Shown one piece after another: positions 49,911-62,000 of a stretch of DNA of 64,000 nucleotides. The notes under the pieces were generated by a model. It was not told the DNA's origin, made no database searches, and saw nothing but the letters and a program-made list of their open reading frames with translations. Location: positions 17,856,001 through 17,920,000 of the forward strand of contig NC_047062.1 in assembly GCF_902459465.1 (NCBI RefSeq), read 5' to 3'. Origin of the DNA: Asterias rubens. Lineage: Eukaryota. Both the position numbers and the translations under genes were made by a program. Each line of letters opens with the position of its first letter. Within the stretch, counting starts at the first letter, position 1.

Positions 49911-52087
49911 ATTTGGATAAGAAGTATATCAAACCAAATTGTGCATAAAATGGACCACGCAGTTCGGCTGAGAGCTCATTTGAATAGCCTTATTAACAAC
50001 AGTTTCTTGTGCTGTGTTCCAAACCCTCACTTCGTGGTTTACTTCAGTACTCTTTTTTAATGTGTATGAACAATGAATGCTATCAATATCAAAACAGGTG
50101 TCGTGGATTTATGTAGAGAATTTAAAGCCATTCAGTTAACTTTCTTTAAATTACATTTAACATGCACCTCTTTGTATTTACATGTGCATTTTTTATACAC
50201 AACAGTTATTGAAAAAATGTGCGGCATTTTTGGTGAAAGGTATTAGAGGCTTGTAATTAATTTAAGTCTTTACACAAAAACGAATAATGTACGATAACAG
50301 ACTGCTGTACGATGAACTCCGGTAGTGTGTGCACCCCTTAGAAAAAGGTTTATTAATTGAGCATTGACTTATTTTCCATGTTTGCAGATTTACTAAGATA
50401 AATGATGACTTAATAAATATGTGCAATTGTTGTTTCCTGGAATTTCTGACGTTCAATTTAAATGTGGAACATTGAGTGTCCTAGTACTGCATCTATATAA
50501 CCGGTCCCAAGTCCGCGATAATGGCGAAATATTAACCAGTAACACTCCGGGGGAAAATCCCAAGTTTTACATTCAGTATTGACGCCATGATTTACCTTTT
50601 AAGACAATTCAATCGAAACTGAAACTTGATCCTTAAAAATCTTGTTGAATCACCCGAATATCGACGGGTATTTCCGGCCCATTCAGTCGCGTTTCTGGAT
50701 CTGGTATATAACCCCGTACGCGATTGTTTTTTTCTTCTTCCTGTACATCAAAATTGCCACTGTCGTAGCGCTTTTCGATGTGGGATTTGTGTTCTTCTAA
50801 ATCGATTCAAAAAGGGAATCCTTAAAAAAAAGTCTTGAATGGCAATTCCATTCTACAGAAGAAGGAAAATTGCAACTGGTATAGTATCCCCTATGAAGCC
50901 GATAATGTAGTATTGAGGCTGGATCGTATTGATCACTCTACGATATGGGCGAACCAATCGATACATGCAGCACATTTACAAACACCTAACCCCCTGCAGC
51001 AGGCCTTGGAGCAGATTTGGTACTGTTCGAATCGCGCCCAATTCCCACGGTCTGTTTAGATGTAAACATTTTACCCCGTGGTCACTTTATACCGACTTCC
51101 TATATTCAAGCAAGATTTGGATGTCGTTAGAGTTTTTGAATGTGCTGTGATTTTTGTTCACAAAACGTAGGAAAGTACTGCTTGGTGCAGTGATAACACA
51201 CCTCGGTGCATTTGGGTAAAACCAAATAATTGAATATTTATGAAGAACTAAAAGTGTAGTTTTTGAAATGCTGTAGCCTTTAGTGTGTAATTTGGCAGGG
51301 TTGATGTTGTCGACGTAAACTGCTAATTTACAAATACTTGTTGACAAAAAAAACCAAAAAAAATTCACTTTTGTTTACCAGGAGCGTCGAATCCATCCAC
51401 GTTAGGCGAGTTGACACAGTGGGTACAGTTTAACCATAGAGCTGTTCCTTGCTCTATGGTACAACCGCATACCTGGCTGAAGCCAAGCGGACACCAAGGA
51501 AATTTCAGTCAACAGATATCTGAGATACGATTCGTGCATTAACCATTTTCTCAGATTGAAATGTTTTCGGTGAATTTTTTTCCAAACCATATAACTTCGA
51601 AGGGAATTCTTTCTCAAAATTCATACTTGAACAGCTGCAGTGCTTCTCACCAAGTAAGTTTGAATGGCCACAATAATTTGGGGATATTTACTAATCTATA
51701 ACCCTTTTAAAATCTTTAGTGACGTTTATGATTATTGGCCGAGCTTTAAAGGTTTTAAGATTCAAAATACCTTGAACATTAAACAGAAGTCATTCTGTTC
51801 CGAGAAATGATTACATAAATAAACATTGAAAAAGAATGGATTAAGTTTACAGCTTCAATGATAAAGCTTAAGATAAAAGAGTCATGATGGGCTAAACGAA
51901 TCTGAATTGAAAATCATGTCCAGGATTTAAATATATTCAAGTGCCACTTTCTAATGTATTTTCACTTATATAAAAATGTTTTATAACAGATCGATAACTT
52001 CCCGATTACACGACGAACCTACTGAATAATCATATCAGTTCAGTTGCTGAAAACTGTTAACAAACATAAGTTGTGCGAGTAATTCGT

Positions 52088-52216
52088 GGAAATTCCCAAA
52101 TGGTTTGCCGTGATTATTTGTGGGCTGTGTGATCTGACGTCATCGCTCAAGCTCCCCGGTCTGTCATGTGACAGGACTCGACTTTATCGTGCGTCACATG
52201 TAAACAAACCCACGTG
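52088..52216. promoter_or_regulatory. Candidate intronic enhancer in CHAC1 intron 2: kappaB GGAAATTCCC (52088-97), CRE TGACGTCA (52135-42), Fox-like TGTAAACA (~52199), E-box CACGTG (~52211)
   Basis: Four consensus motifs within ~130 bp of CpG-enriched non-repeat sequence. Confidence 0.45.
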
Positions 52217-54394
52217 CTCTTTGTTGTGAACCCGCCATAGATGTGAGTTTAGCGCGTGACACATGCCCGGGGTGCGTGGGAAGTTGTTCAGAGGCCATAA
52301 AAATAGAATTCTTAGGGGGCACGAAAATAGGGGTCGAGATTCAATATTTTTGTTTTCTATTCTAAACTGCATTTTTCTCAAACAATCCCCTCATTGTTTT
52401 GTCTACGATAATCTGACGAGGAGGTAAAACATCAAACACATTTTCGTCGTTTAATTAGAAATAATTATGTGTAAGTAATGAACACTACAACATACGAATT
52501 TATAAAATAGTGTAAATAAATTGCTGGTTATTGTCTAATCTCAGAGGTGCAGACAACACTTGTTGTTTTGCAGATTTTAATAATAAAACATCGAGAGATG
52601 AAAATGGATAATCCACGCTCTAACAAAAACACATGAACGTACAGGTGTAACTGGACTAATTACTTGTTTTTGTTTGGCAACCGAGTCTTTTCTAATTTGC
52701 AGAGACGAGGACATGTTAGAACTAGTACACACATTGTAATGTCCGAATTCAAAGCCGAGTTTTCAATTGAAATGGACAATAGATAATGTGTCAATTGAAT
52801 TGTCGAAAACCCTGCACAACGATGTCAATACCATCATTCATGGTACCCGGCGTAGTGGTAACCCAGTGCGTGGCCACTATGTCTTTGTCCGGTTCCCAGA
52901 GAACCCGATGACCGTTAGACTCGTTTAATGAAAAGGGGCCAGACTAGTATAGTTTCAGCTGTTTTAGTGCACTGAATTTAAAACGGCAAAGCAACACAAG
53001 TCGTCTGCATTATGAAGTGTCTTCCCCGTCCGTCAGAAAGGAAGTCAAAAAAAAGGTGACAGGGGAAAGAGTTGGTTGCTTCTATAAATGGTGAGCACTT
53101 GCAAACTTATTCCTGGAACTATACAGATTGGTAAGTGTACAAATTAACAGTTCATGAATTGCCTGTTTGTAAGGTACAGAGATGTATGTATTGTGCGCAC
53201 ATGTGCTCCACATTGAGAATTCGTGTTTTGGAGTGTGTACGAAGGTATAGGTCTATTCCTATCTATACTGGCTAAAATGTCAGGTGTAATATACGAACTC
53301 GCACTCCAAAGTATACTTCATGTATCTTCTTCTTCTGCATATATTGACTCGTGTAAAGAAGATACTATGACTCAATAACCCACCATGTCAGATGTCAAGC
53401 TGCACAAGTCACAGCATCAATTCTGCACTTTGGCACAACAACACTTATAAATAAAAGAGGTGGCTAGCAGAGCTCCCTGGTTCTGTAGAAAGTTCCCTAA
53501 AACTAAACCAATCTTTCCATGTTCTGATGAACACATTTAAACAATCTTCCTGGTTGTAGAAACTTGTTCCAAATTATGTTAAATCGTAATTTTAAATATT
53601 TGTATGTTGTGCAAAATCTCACTGATTGCAATATGTGTTGTGTATTTAAAGTGATGGTAGAACTTTGGTAATTACTCAACAAATTAATGACCAAACTTAA
53701 TTGATGGAGAACAACAGAGAGAGCTATTTATACTCTAAAACATTGTTAGAAAAGAGACCCTTAGAGTGAGAGGTGATGTTTTTACACAAAATTGAACCCA
53801 AATGTTCTCAGGTTCGTTATTTGATGCATATTATGTCGTATACCGGTCGTTGGATATTACCAAACGTATAGACGATGTGACCTGCGACATCACATGTTTA
53901 CAAAAGAGCCACAAAAGAAGAAAATTTACAATCTTATATTTTATGGAGATTGCACTGTCTAATTCTTATCAACTTTTGATATGATTAAAGGAGGCACATC
54001 TCAAAACTTGTCCAGCTTTTACTTTCATAACTCTTGGTTTATGTGGAAATTATGCCACAAAATGTCAACTTTCTCATAGTAGTGTAGTACAGTGGCTGCC
54101 AGAATACTTAATTAAAGAATGTACAACATCACACTTGTTGTAAACAAGGTTCACATGGTCTATACCTTGCCTTTAAAAAGTATGGAATTGTTGTTATATA
54201 GGACACAGCCTTAGAGCTATTCTTTTATCTCCATGGACCCAGCACACAACCCAGGTCACTACAAGGTCACATGGCGAAATGTAAACAACCAGTCATGAAG
54301 TCCCACCATAAAAGGACGTGGCATTGTTTAGGCCTGGTTCAGGTGACCCATGGTCGGGTTTCCTGGAAGTCTCTCATAACAAACAATTACTCAC

Positions 54395-54430
54395 CTTGGT
54401 GTGTTTCACTAGCGTTGCAACTCTTCCGGG
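54395..54430 (-). CDS. CHAC1: CHAC1-like coding exon 2 (36 nt, PGRVATLVKHTK)
   Basis: Not in the ORF track; found by searching for the missing PGRV.TL motif. Reads ttacag|CCCGGAAGAGTTGCAACGCTAGTGAAACACACCAAG|gtgagt, phase 0 at both ends, and joins exons 1 and 3 in frame. Confidence 0.95.
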
Positions 54431-55277
54431 CTGTAACATCAAAACAACAAATAATATTTCATTAAGTCATTTAGTTTTTGTTTTACTCACTTCTGGTTTT
54501 ACTCATTTCTATTTTCATCATTAATTTTGTGATTATCTTTCATATGTATGGTTTTAGTTTATGGTAAATTTATGAGACTACAAACGGTAAGAAATATTAT
54601 ACAACTGTATACGTAGAAGTTCCGACCACAATATGGTGCACTGGGTCCTTAATGGTTAAATGCTGATGGCTTTGTCTTGAACCTTATGATTGTAATATGA
54701 ACGCCATTTTAGTTTCATCCGAACGAACCCAATTACATGTATATTCTTCCTAATGATGTCTCATGACAACAAAAATGAAAATTAAATGAAATGATGAGAA
54801 TACGAAGAATACATACTTTTGAGTATTTGTGTTCGAAACATGCCATCGTAGCAGCTGTTTCTGCTTGTTAATTAATATGTATTAAATTTTCTCCCGTTCC
54901 AGACGATATTGCTCTGACTGACATATGATTGGAGCCCCTACTATGGTTACACTAGGGTTACACGTCTACTGTTGACTAGCCTATGTAAGTAAGTATAAGT
55001 CTTTTGTATAAGTATATGTATTTGTCCTTCAACTTCCATTCATGTGTAGCATTATATTCCTTGCAGAATCAAACAGATTGCCATATCAAATACATCCCCT
55101 CAAAATTAAAAGAACAAATGAAAAACCAGAAGACACACTGTCCAGTTTTCTCATGTGTACAGAACTGCAGCTGAACACTGGCATTTCTGTTTCAATAATT
55201 CAATAATTGATGCTTTTAGCACAGTTTAGAAAAAACAAATCGATAAGGTCTACCCCACAAGGAGGTTCTCTACATAC

Positions 55278-55463
55278 CTTTCCAGGAACACCTCTATGTG
55301 TTGTGTTGCCTTGCCAAAATCTCCGTACATAACCCTTGATATGTCCGATTTCTCTCGATGAATACTCAAAACTCGGCTTCCATAGGAGAGACCCGTAGCC
55401 GAATACACGTAGACTTGTCGCTTTCGTGGCCACGTCGGGTAAAACACTGTCATTCGGCGCCAT
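55278..55463 (-). CDS. CHAC1: CHAC1-like glutathione-specific gamma-glutamylcyclotransferase, coding exon 1 (62 aa)
   Basis: [62 protein letters not shown] contains the ChaC N-terminal motifs FGYGSL-W-P and GY-RRFWQG--HRG. It ends at a phase-0 donor AAG|GTATGT. Confidence 0.96.
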
Positions 55464-55579
55464 TTTTCACAGAGAAATCTTCTGAATCGTGTTGTTTACA
55501 TCAGAATTGCTGAAAGATTGTACCGTATTGAACGTCTTGTTGTGAATCAGTAGCGCGTGCTCGTTTCCACCCACGGGTC

Positions 55580-55626
55580 ATTACGCATGATGACGTCGTA
55601 CTCGTGACGTCAGAATTACAACCAAT
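55580..55626. promoter_or_regulatory. CHAC1 proximal bZIP/CCAAT cluster: TTACGCAT (55581-88), TGATGACGTC (55588-97), perfect CRE TGACGTCA (55605-12), CCAAT (55622-26)
   Basis: Motifs read directly, 120-165 bp upstream of the ATG in a CpG-rich patch. Mammalian CHAC1 is an ATF4/ATF3 target acting through ATF/CRE elements. Confidence 0.7.
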
Positions 55627-55730
55627 GGTGGTGTTCGTTTGGGACAACGCCTCCGGGAGTCTAATACATATTCATGTTTATTTAGCTGTGAGTGGTCGGT
55701 TGTATGCGACATGCATATTCATATTTATCA

Positions 55731-55739
55731 TGATGCAAT
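55731..55739 (+). promoter_or_regulatory. C/EBP-ATF composite element (CARE/AARE) TGATGCAAT
   Basis: Exact match to the ATF4-C/EBP consensus TGATG(C)AA(T), ~270 bp upstream of the CHAC1 ATG. Confidence 0.72.
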
Positions 55740-56147
55740 CGCAACTTGCATTGCGTTTGTCAATATGCCTGGCGCATGACTTTCGTTCCCCGGTATAGGC
55801 ATACATGTTTATTTATTTCCTGGATCTGATATCATTCGGTTTTTTTTGTTTCTATCGATAAAGGTTGACCTTCCTCAGAGGTTATGCGATTGATTATTGT
55901 TCCAGGGGTCTGATAGCCTTTCCCACTTTTGCACAACATTAAAGGGAAGATGTAGGCCCTAGGCCTATACTGAAGGACATGCCAAACAATAGGCCCCTTT
56001 GTAGTAAAGGATCACTGAAACATTATTCCCTTCTTGGTACCTTATTTTGTTTGGGGTATTTCTTTTCGAAAAACCTTCAGCATTTTCTATTGGCAGTCAC
56101 GTTCGTTTGGGCTTAGAAGTGTAATACAATGTCACAGCCAATCAGGG

Positions 56148-56260
56148 TTTTGCAGTGGTTTATGTCCCTGCCTTTCACCTCTGTGAAACCCAGGTTCGAT
56201 TCCCGGACCAAGCCTTGCATGTGGGTTGGGTGTTCATGGCTTCAGGCCCTACCTGAATTT
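56148..56260 (+). mobile_element. tRNA-derived SINE fragment upstream of CHAC1
   Basis: gcagtggttt...ctgcctttcacctctgtgaaacccaggttcgattcccggaccaagccttgcatgtgggttg. Confidence 0.65.
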
Positions 56261-56289
56261 CTCTACAACAAGTTTGTGTGATGTTTATA

Positions 56290-56585
56290 GCATAAAACAT
56301 TGTAAGAAACGGCTCCCTCTGAAGTGACATAGTTTTCGAGAAAGAAGTAATTTTTCACGAATTTAATTTCGAGACCTCAAATTTAGAATTTGAGGTCTCG
56401 AAATCAAGCATCTAAAAGCACACAATATTGTGTGACAAGGGTGTTTTTTCTGTCATTGTTATCTCGCAACATGATGACCAAATGAGCTCAAATTTTCACA
56501 GGTTTGTTATTTTATGCATTTGTTGAGATATACCAAGTGAGAAGACTTGTCTTTGACAATTACCAATAGTGTCCAGTGTCTTCAA
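56290..56585 (+). mobile_element. MITE family A, 5'-truncated, ~0.8 kb upstream of CHAC1
   Basis: cataaaacattgtaagaaacggctccctctgaag...ttgacaattaccaatagtgtccagtgtc. Confidence 0.85.
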
Positions 56586-58737
56586 TAGCGAATTAAAAAC
56601 TTTTCCAAATGGCCAATTTCTACAATGTTGTTTCTCTATGCCCTACAGAATAATTACACCATGTGGAATCAATATACCAAGGGACCGTGTTTACACTTTG
56701 TATGATGCCTTAGAATGCCAGGTTGATTTTCTACCGTTGATTTTGTATGCTATATGTACTAATGCTGAATGTTTAGTTATGCATTTTATTTATTCCGTAA
56801 TTCCAACATCCCTTCATGCATTATGATAATGACAATTTCTATTATTCTGGTTTATTATTAATGAAATAACCTCGTTTACAAAATCCATTATTATCATTTT
56901 TTTCAAAGAGCATTGGATTTTAAATAATATTTATTTGCAGGTTAATGCATATACGTGGTGCCAAGCAGGTAGTAACTAATAAAATGGCACATTTTTAAGA
57001 AAACCAAAAATGAAAACATTGAGTTTTAAAACTATGAAGGTTTTTCTGCACAATACGGTGTTCCTTATATGGTGCTCCTTTTTGTAAATGGCGTCACGAC
57101 GTGTTTCCATATCAGGCATTATTAAACAATATGTTGTAATTAACTTTGTTTGAATACAATAACATTATTTTGAGAAAAATGTAATTAGCAATAACACTAT
57201 TTTGAGAAAATAGAGTTAGCTGTTGCAAACAGCTCACCAACCAAAACCAAGCTACACATAAGATGTTGTTACCATTTCTCCCTTGGAAAGAGTGACTTGC
57301 AATCTGAACTTTATCACTCAAGTCCGGGGGAGGGGGCGGGGTCGAGAACATTTCTGAATGTTGAATAAGTGGACCCAAACCCTCAAGAAAACTGTCAAAA
57401 ACATAAAGAGTGATAAATTACTGGGTCAAACTAATGGAGTACCATGCTAAATGCGCATACAGACCCAGGCTAAAGGAGCTTCAACTAATATAGGTCAAGT
57501 GTGGTATATTTGTAGAGCAATCTGAAGTGGTAGCAAGCAGCTGTTACACTAACTGGTGTGTAGGCCTACATCTGCTGTGAGTTTTTGATTTCGTTTTGTA
57601 AAAGTGATGCAGTTAGAGAATATCTTTTCAAATACAGAGTTATAAATGATGTGTGAACAATCTTGTGGTTACCTCCCATTTGGGAGCCAATAGACACCGC
57701 CCATTCGGTTGACCAGAACATGACACGTGTGTTTCTATTGGATACTTTTTATTGGATACTTTTTAGAAAGCACAGACCATTAAAACTCAAAGTGCATCAA
57801 TCGATTTTGATATTAGGCCTACCTGTTCGTATCAAAGTAATCAACAGTTTGTACAAAAAATCAGCGACTTTGGGGTGTGGTTAAAAACTACATATTGATG
57901 CATCTTTTGCTACTAATCCTCGTATAATGAGACAAAGATCGATTTGAATCCAGGTGTTTGGGTAACAGTCCCTCGATCCCGCGTCGATATGAAATACGAA
58001 ATTGGCATGTGTTCGAAGTGACGGCTTGCTTTCACTAACTAGTCAGTGCATAAAGGCAACCGAAAAGCAAATCGTCAGTTTTAACACGCGCACGTTTCAC
58101 AATGCTACATCTGTTAATTTCGCAACTTGTTGTCGATGAGAGAAAGACAAAAGGAGAATTGTTATTCTACTTTGTTGTCGTCGGCCAGATGGACATTTAA
58201 ACAAAGTTGTGAGTGTCAAACATCATCCCCTTTTGTTGCTTGCAGCTGACCAAAGCAGAGTCTCTGTGTCCATCCTATAACTTTTGTTGTCCTAAAATTC
58301 ACACTTGATTGTATTTTTCCGAATGCTGTTGATAACTGTTCTTTATTGAATCATATAACATGCAGCCTTTAACTTTGGGAAAAGGACAAATGGCTCTATT
58401 GATGAAAATCAAATATCAAGCAATGTTCTTGACACTTCTTTGCAAAATGGACTCTATTCCAAACAATTGCCATGTGTTTTCTTGAATCAAATTGATGTTG
58501 AACACAAATTGATGTTAGCAAGCAAAGCATTTTATTTTTTCAAGCAAAGGTATTTTTAGGAAAGGTTTTCCAGCATTTTCATCTTTATACCAACCTAAGT
58601 TGTGTGCAAATTTCTTAATTTTATGTTCCCAATCTTACCAATTTCGTGCAAACCTCCTGTCAGTCTATGGGATTAAATACCGGTACTCTTTAAACCATAG
58701 AGTTCGTCAGACTTCAAGAAACTTGTACACCAATCCT

Positions 58738-59062
58738 GGACCAGAATTTCATAGAGCTTAGTAGCTTAGCACAATACAGTCTGCTTACTGACATAAGGTT
58801 ACCAGCCAAACTACCGTGTCACATGAACAATTTTTAACTGGTATCCAGCTCATTTCTGCTTAACAGAAAAGGTTTAAGCAGTATTGACTGCTTAAGCAGC
58901 TCAAGGATGGATTTCACAAAGAGTTAAGAGTTAAGTTATAGTCCTCGAGTTGGAACTAGATAAGCCTACTCGTACTAACTTAGGACTAGCCTTAAGTTTG
59001 CAATATACTATTTTCTCCTAGTTTTATAGGACTAGTCCTAACTCTTTGTGAAATTGACCCCT
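58738..59062. mobile_element. Composite of a family B MITE (58738-58903) fused to a family D palindromic MITE (58906-59062)
   Basis: The B copy lacks its last ~14 nt and runs into ggatggatttcacaaagagtta...taactctttgtgaaattgacccc. Confidence 0.78.
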
Positions 59063-62000
59063 GGAGTATGACCCAGCTTCGATAAAAATGCCAAATTAAC
59101 GGACAACTTCAAGGTGATTGACTCAATACATCAATTATGCTGGGTGATATTCAACGGACCGTGGTGTCAAAATCACGAAAATGAAAACCACCGCCAATCG
59201 ATAAGACACGAGAGATGAAATCGAGAGGTGACACATTTGGACAGTGGAGATGGCCAAAGAGTACAATGGTCATTGTCCTTTATTAAACAGCTTTTGCCAC
59301 GTTGCATGTCTGATGCCCAGAAGGAAACAATATGGCCATAGTTTGATTCTTTTGTCGTGATTACCAAAAAATTGTTTACATTTTTTTTAACAGCTCTGTG
59401 GTTTGCATAGGCCCCTATGGAATTTTGCCTGTGTAATAAATTTAAAGTTTCAGTAGGATGCCATATTCTTCCATAAAACCCATAAAAATATGTAAGAAAA
59501 ACTACTGACTTAGTGTGAGTAATTTTCCCCTTGTGGTTTATAGCTAGATATATATGTACTAAACATCATGTTTTGGGGTATGAGTGAGTTTTGGGGTCGT
59601 AATATGATCGACAAACTGTCGCTAGAACTTGTGTGTTTTCCGATTATTCAAATGTCATACTGATTTGTATAGGAGTCGATACATTTGTCATTTTTATCAA
59701 AAGTTAAACCTTACCAACCTTTGAACAGTTAGTTCGTCATTTGTGCGGTTCGGGTTTTGAAGAACAAAGCGCCGAAGTTATACAAATCAGCTTAAAAATT
59801 GTTCCTATGTTTGGCAGATTATTACCGACCAACTACCTATTATATCTATCCTCTATATATCTGTTATGAAATGAATTTTTTTAAATACTCAGTTTGTAAT
59901 AATTTTATCAATTTATTGTTCATATTGAGACATTATGCCCATTCATATTCTATACTTCACAATTAATGATAAGGAGGGTAGCAGGGCCTTTGACATTCAA
60001 TTCAATGCAATTTTATTTATTTGTTTCCGTCGCGACAGCTGTAAGTGAAAATTATTTTCCCTGTATACACACGCATAAGCACTGTACAGTACTTTGTCAA
60101 GCCGCAATCCTTTCTTGAGAAATGCAAACATAATGTTGGCTGAGATGCCTGTCCTCATAGCATTGCTGGCGGGTCGAGTCCTCTTTCCACGAATGAATCC
60201 CAAACCGCAAAACTGTTTAATAAAGCAACACGTGACCCGTCGAAGGTCATCAGCACTAAACCATCAGGCAGCATCAGTAGATACTGGTGTCTCGTCTACC
60301 TTCTGTTTATTTCTCATTAACCCCAAGAAGTATTGAAAAGACACAGTCTGTGGGCATCACCAGCGAGTCAAGGACCTTCCGTGCCGTCTATCGGTCACGT
60401 TCGCCCCAGCAGCGGTCCTCACCAGAACAGGCACGCGCCGTCATCTCCAACAAAACGCCGATGCAGAGACAGTTTTCTTGTAACAAAGTGAACTTTCCAT
60501 TTATTATTTATTTTGTTTATGATGAATCAAGGTCCACAGTCGAAGTGCCCGTGTCTGGTTGTCGTCTAGTGGTCTGCTTAGTCGGGTGTGGCGACACCTC
60601 ATAAGTACAATAGACTCGCCCTAAGAACGTTTAAAACTGTTTAATTATTTCGGACCTTAGAACGTCTGAAATAAATAACTCGTCAGAAAACATTCACAGC
60701 AGTCATTATTAATTTGCATAATAGTAATAGGCCAGTACGGTAGAATATTGTTTTGTTTGTTGCTGGGAACAAGCGAATTAAAGTACAATGTGTGGTGGGC
60801 GAGTTTTTTTTTTTCTTCAACTGCTCAAGGTTAACGTTTCATTATAAAGCAATAATGATCTGACTTTGTTGTGCTAACATTTGCATGAGTCATGCAAAAT
60901 AATTAAACCACAACATGGCTATGTTGTATTGTTGGGATTTAAGTTTGGAGATGGCTGTATTCTCTCTTTGAGTTTGTAACTTTTTAGACCTGGAATATTG
61001 GAATACGGTTAACATGTTTTGAGTTCGTACATCCATTTTTCTCCCGACAACGTTCTTCGCAGCCACAGCACATAGTCTTAACACAATTGGTTTGTCTGTT
61101 CAATCCGCAGGACTGAACAAGCATCAGCAGTGCAGATGGATTCTACAGAATGGATGATGTAAATGGGCAAAGTTTGGCATGGTTCTCTGGCCTGTTAGTG
61201 TTATCGACGTGACTTTAGAGTACATTGCCTATGAAAACTGGGCCAAAAACTGACGTGTGTGTACCGTCTTTATTGCATGATCGCCTGCTATCGAATGGTT
61301 GTTGTTGTTTGTGTTGTTTATTTGATTGGTGGTGTTTTTCTTCTGGGTTTTTTTCTTCACAAGTTGATTTTGAAGATTCCAGAACCAAGTGAGGTTTATA
61401 GGCTCTAACAATCGAGTGGCAACGCTGGTGATGTTCACCTCGAGTTTCTTAGCTATTCATCAACACATGGAGGTTGAAATTTATCCATGATCAAACTGTA
61501 CAACGTCTGTATTGTTCATGTGGCGGACATCTTGAATTTGATGATTCGCAGTTAGTATTAAACTCAAACTGGGGGATCTTGTCAGAAACGTGGTGTTTCG
61601 TGTCAACGCAGCAAAGCCATTGGTGCCACGGATTAGAAGTCAGGGAACATGTCACAAAATGCCGGTAGTGACTTCACTAATTGACTCACTCTGTTAGTTT
61701 ACCAAAGGCTATTTCTAAGAATAAGAATGCACACCGAGAATGTGAGAGAAATCATGTTTTTAGTTTCTCCGTTTGGGAGGAAACAAGAAGAGCCCTCTTC
61801 CAGTAATGTTACGTTGTTTCTGTTTAGGAAACAAATATATTGTTACTGCTTTTCTAGCTTTTTTTTTTGGGGGGGGGGGGGCGTAAAAGTGTCTTTGATT
61901 GTCAGCATGTATTTCGTTCCCTGCACTACACATAGCCAACAAAATAAAAAAAGATTGGGCGCTGGTGATGGCCTACAGTGGCTGATGGGGTGGCCACAGG

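Noticed and set aside
53227-53310. Imperfect inverted repeat, plus a TATA/donor-like antisense signal at ~53083-53135 in CHAC1 intron 2
   Set aside because: Probably a repeat fragment; there is no independent support for an antisense transcript.
61413-61430. cgagtggcaacgctggtg (RVATLV) resembling CHAC1 exon 2
   Set aside because: Wrong strand and upstream of the gene, no preceding PG and no splice sites; the true exon is at 54395-54430.
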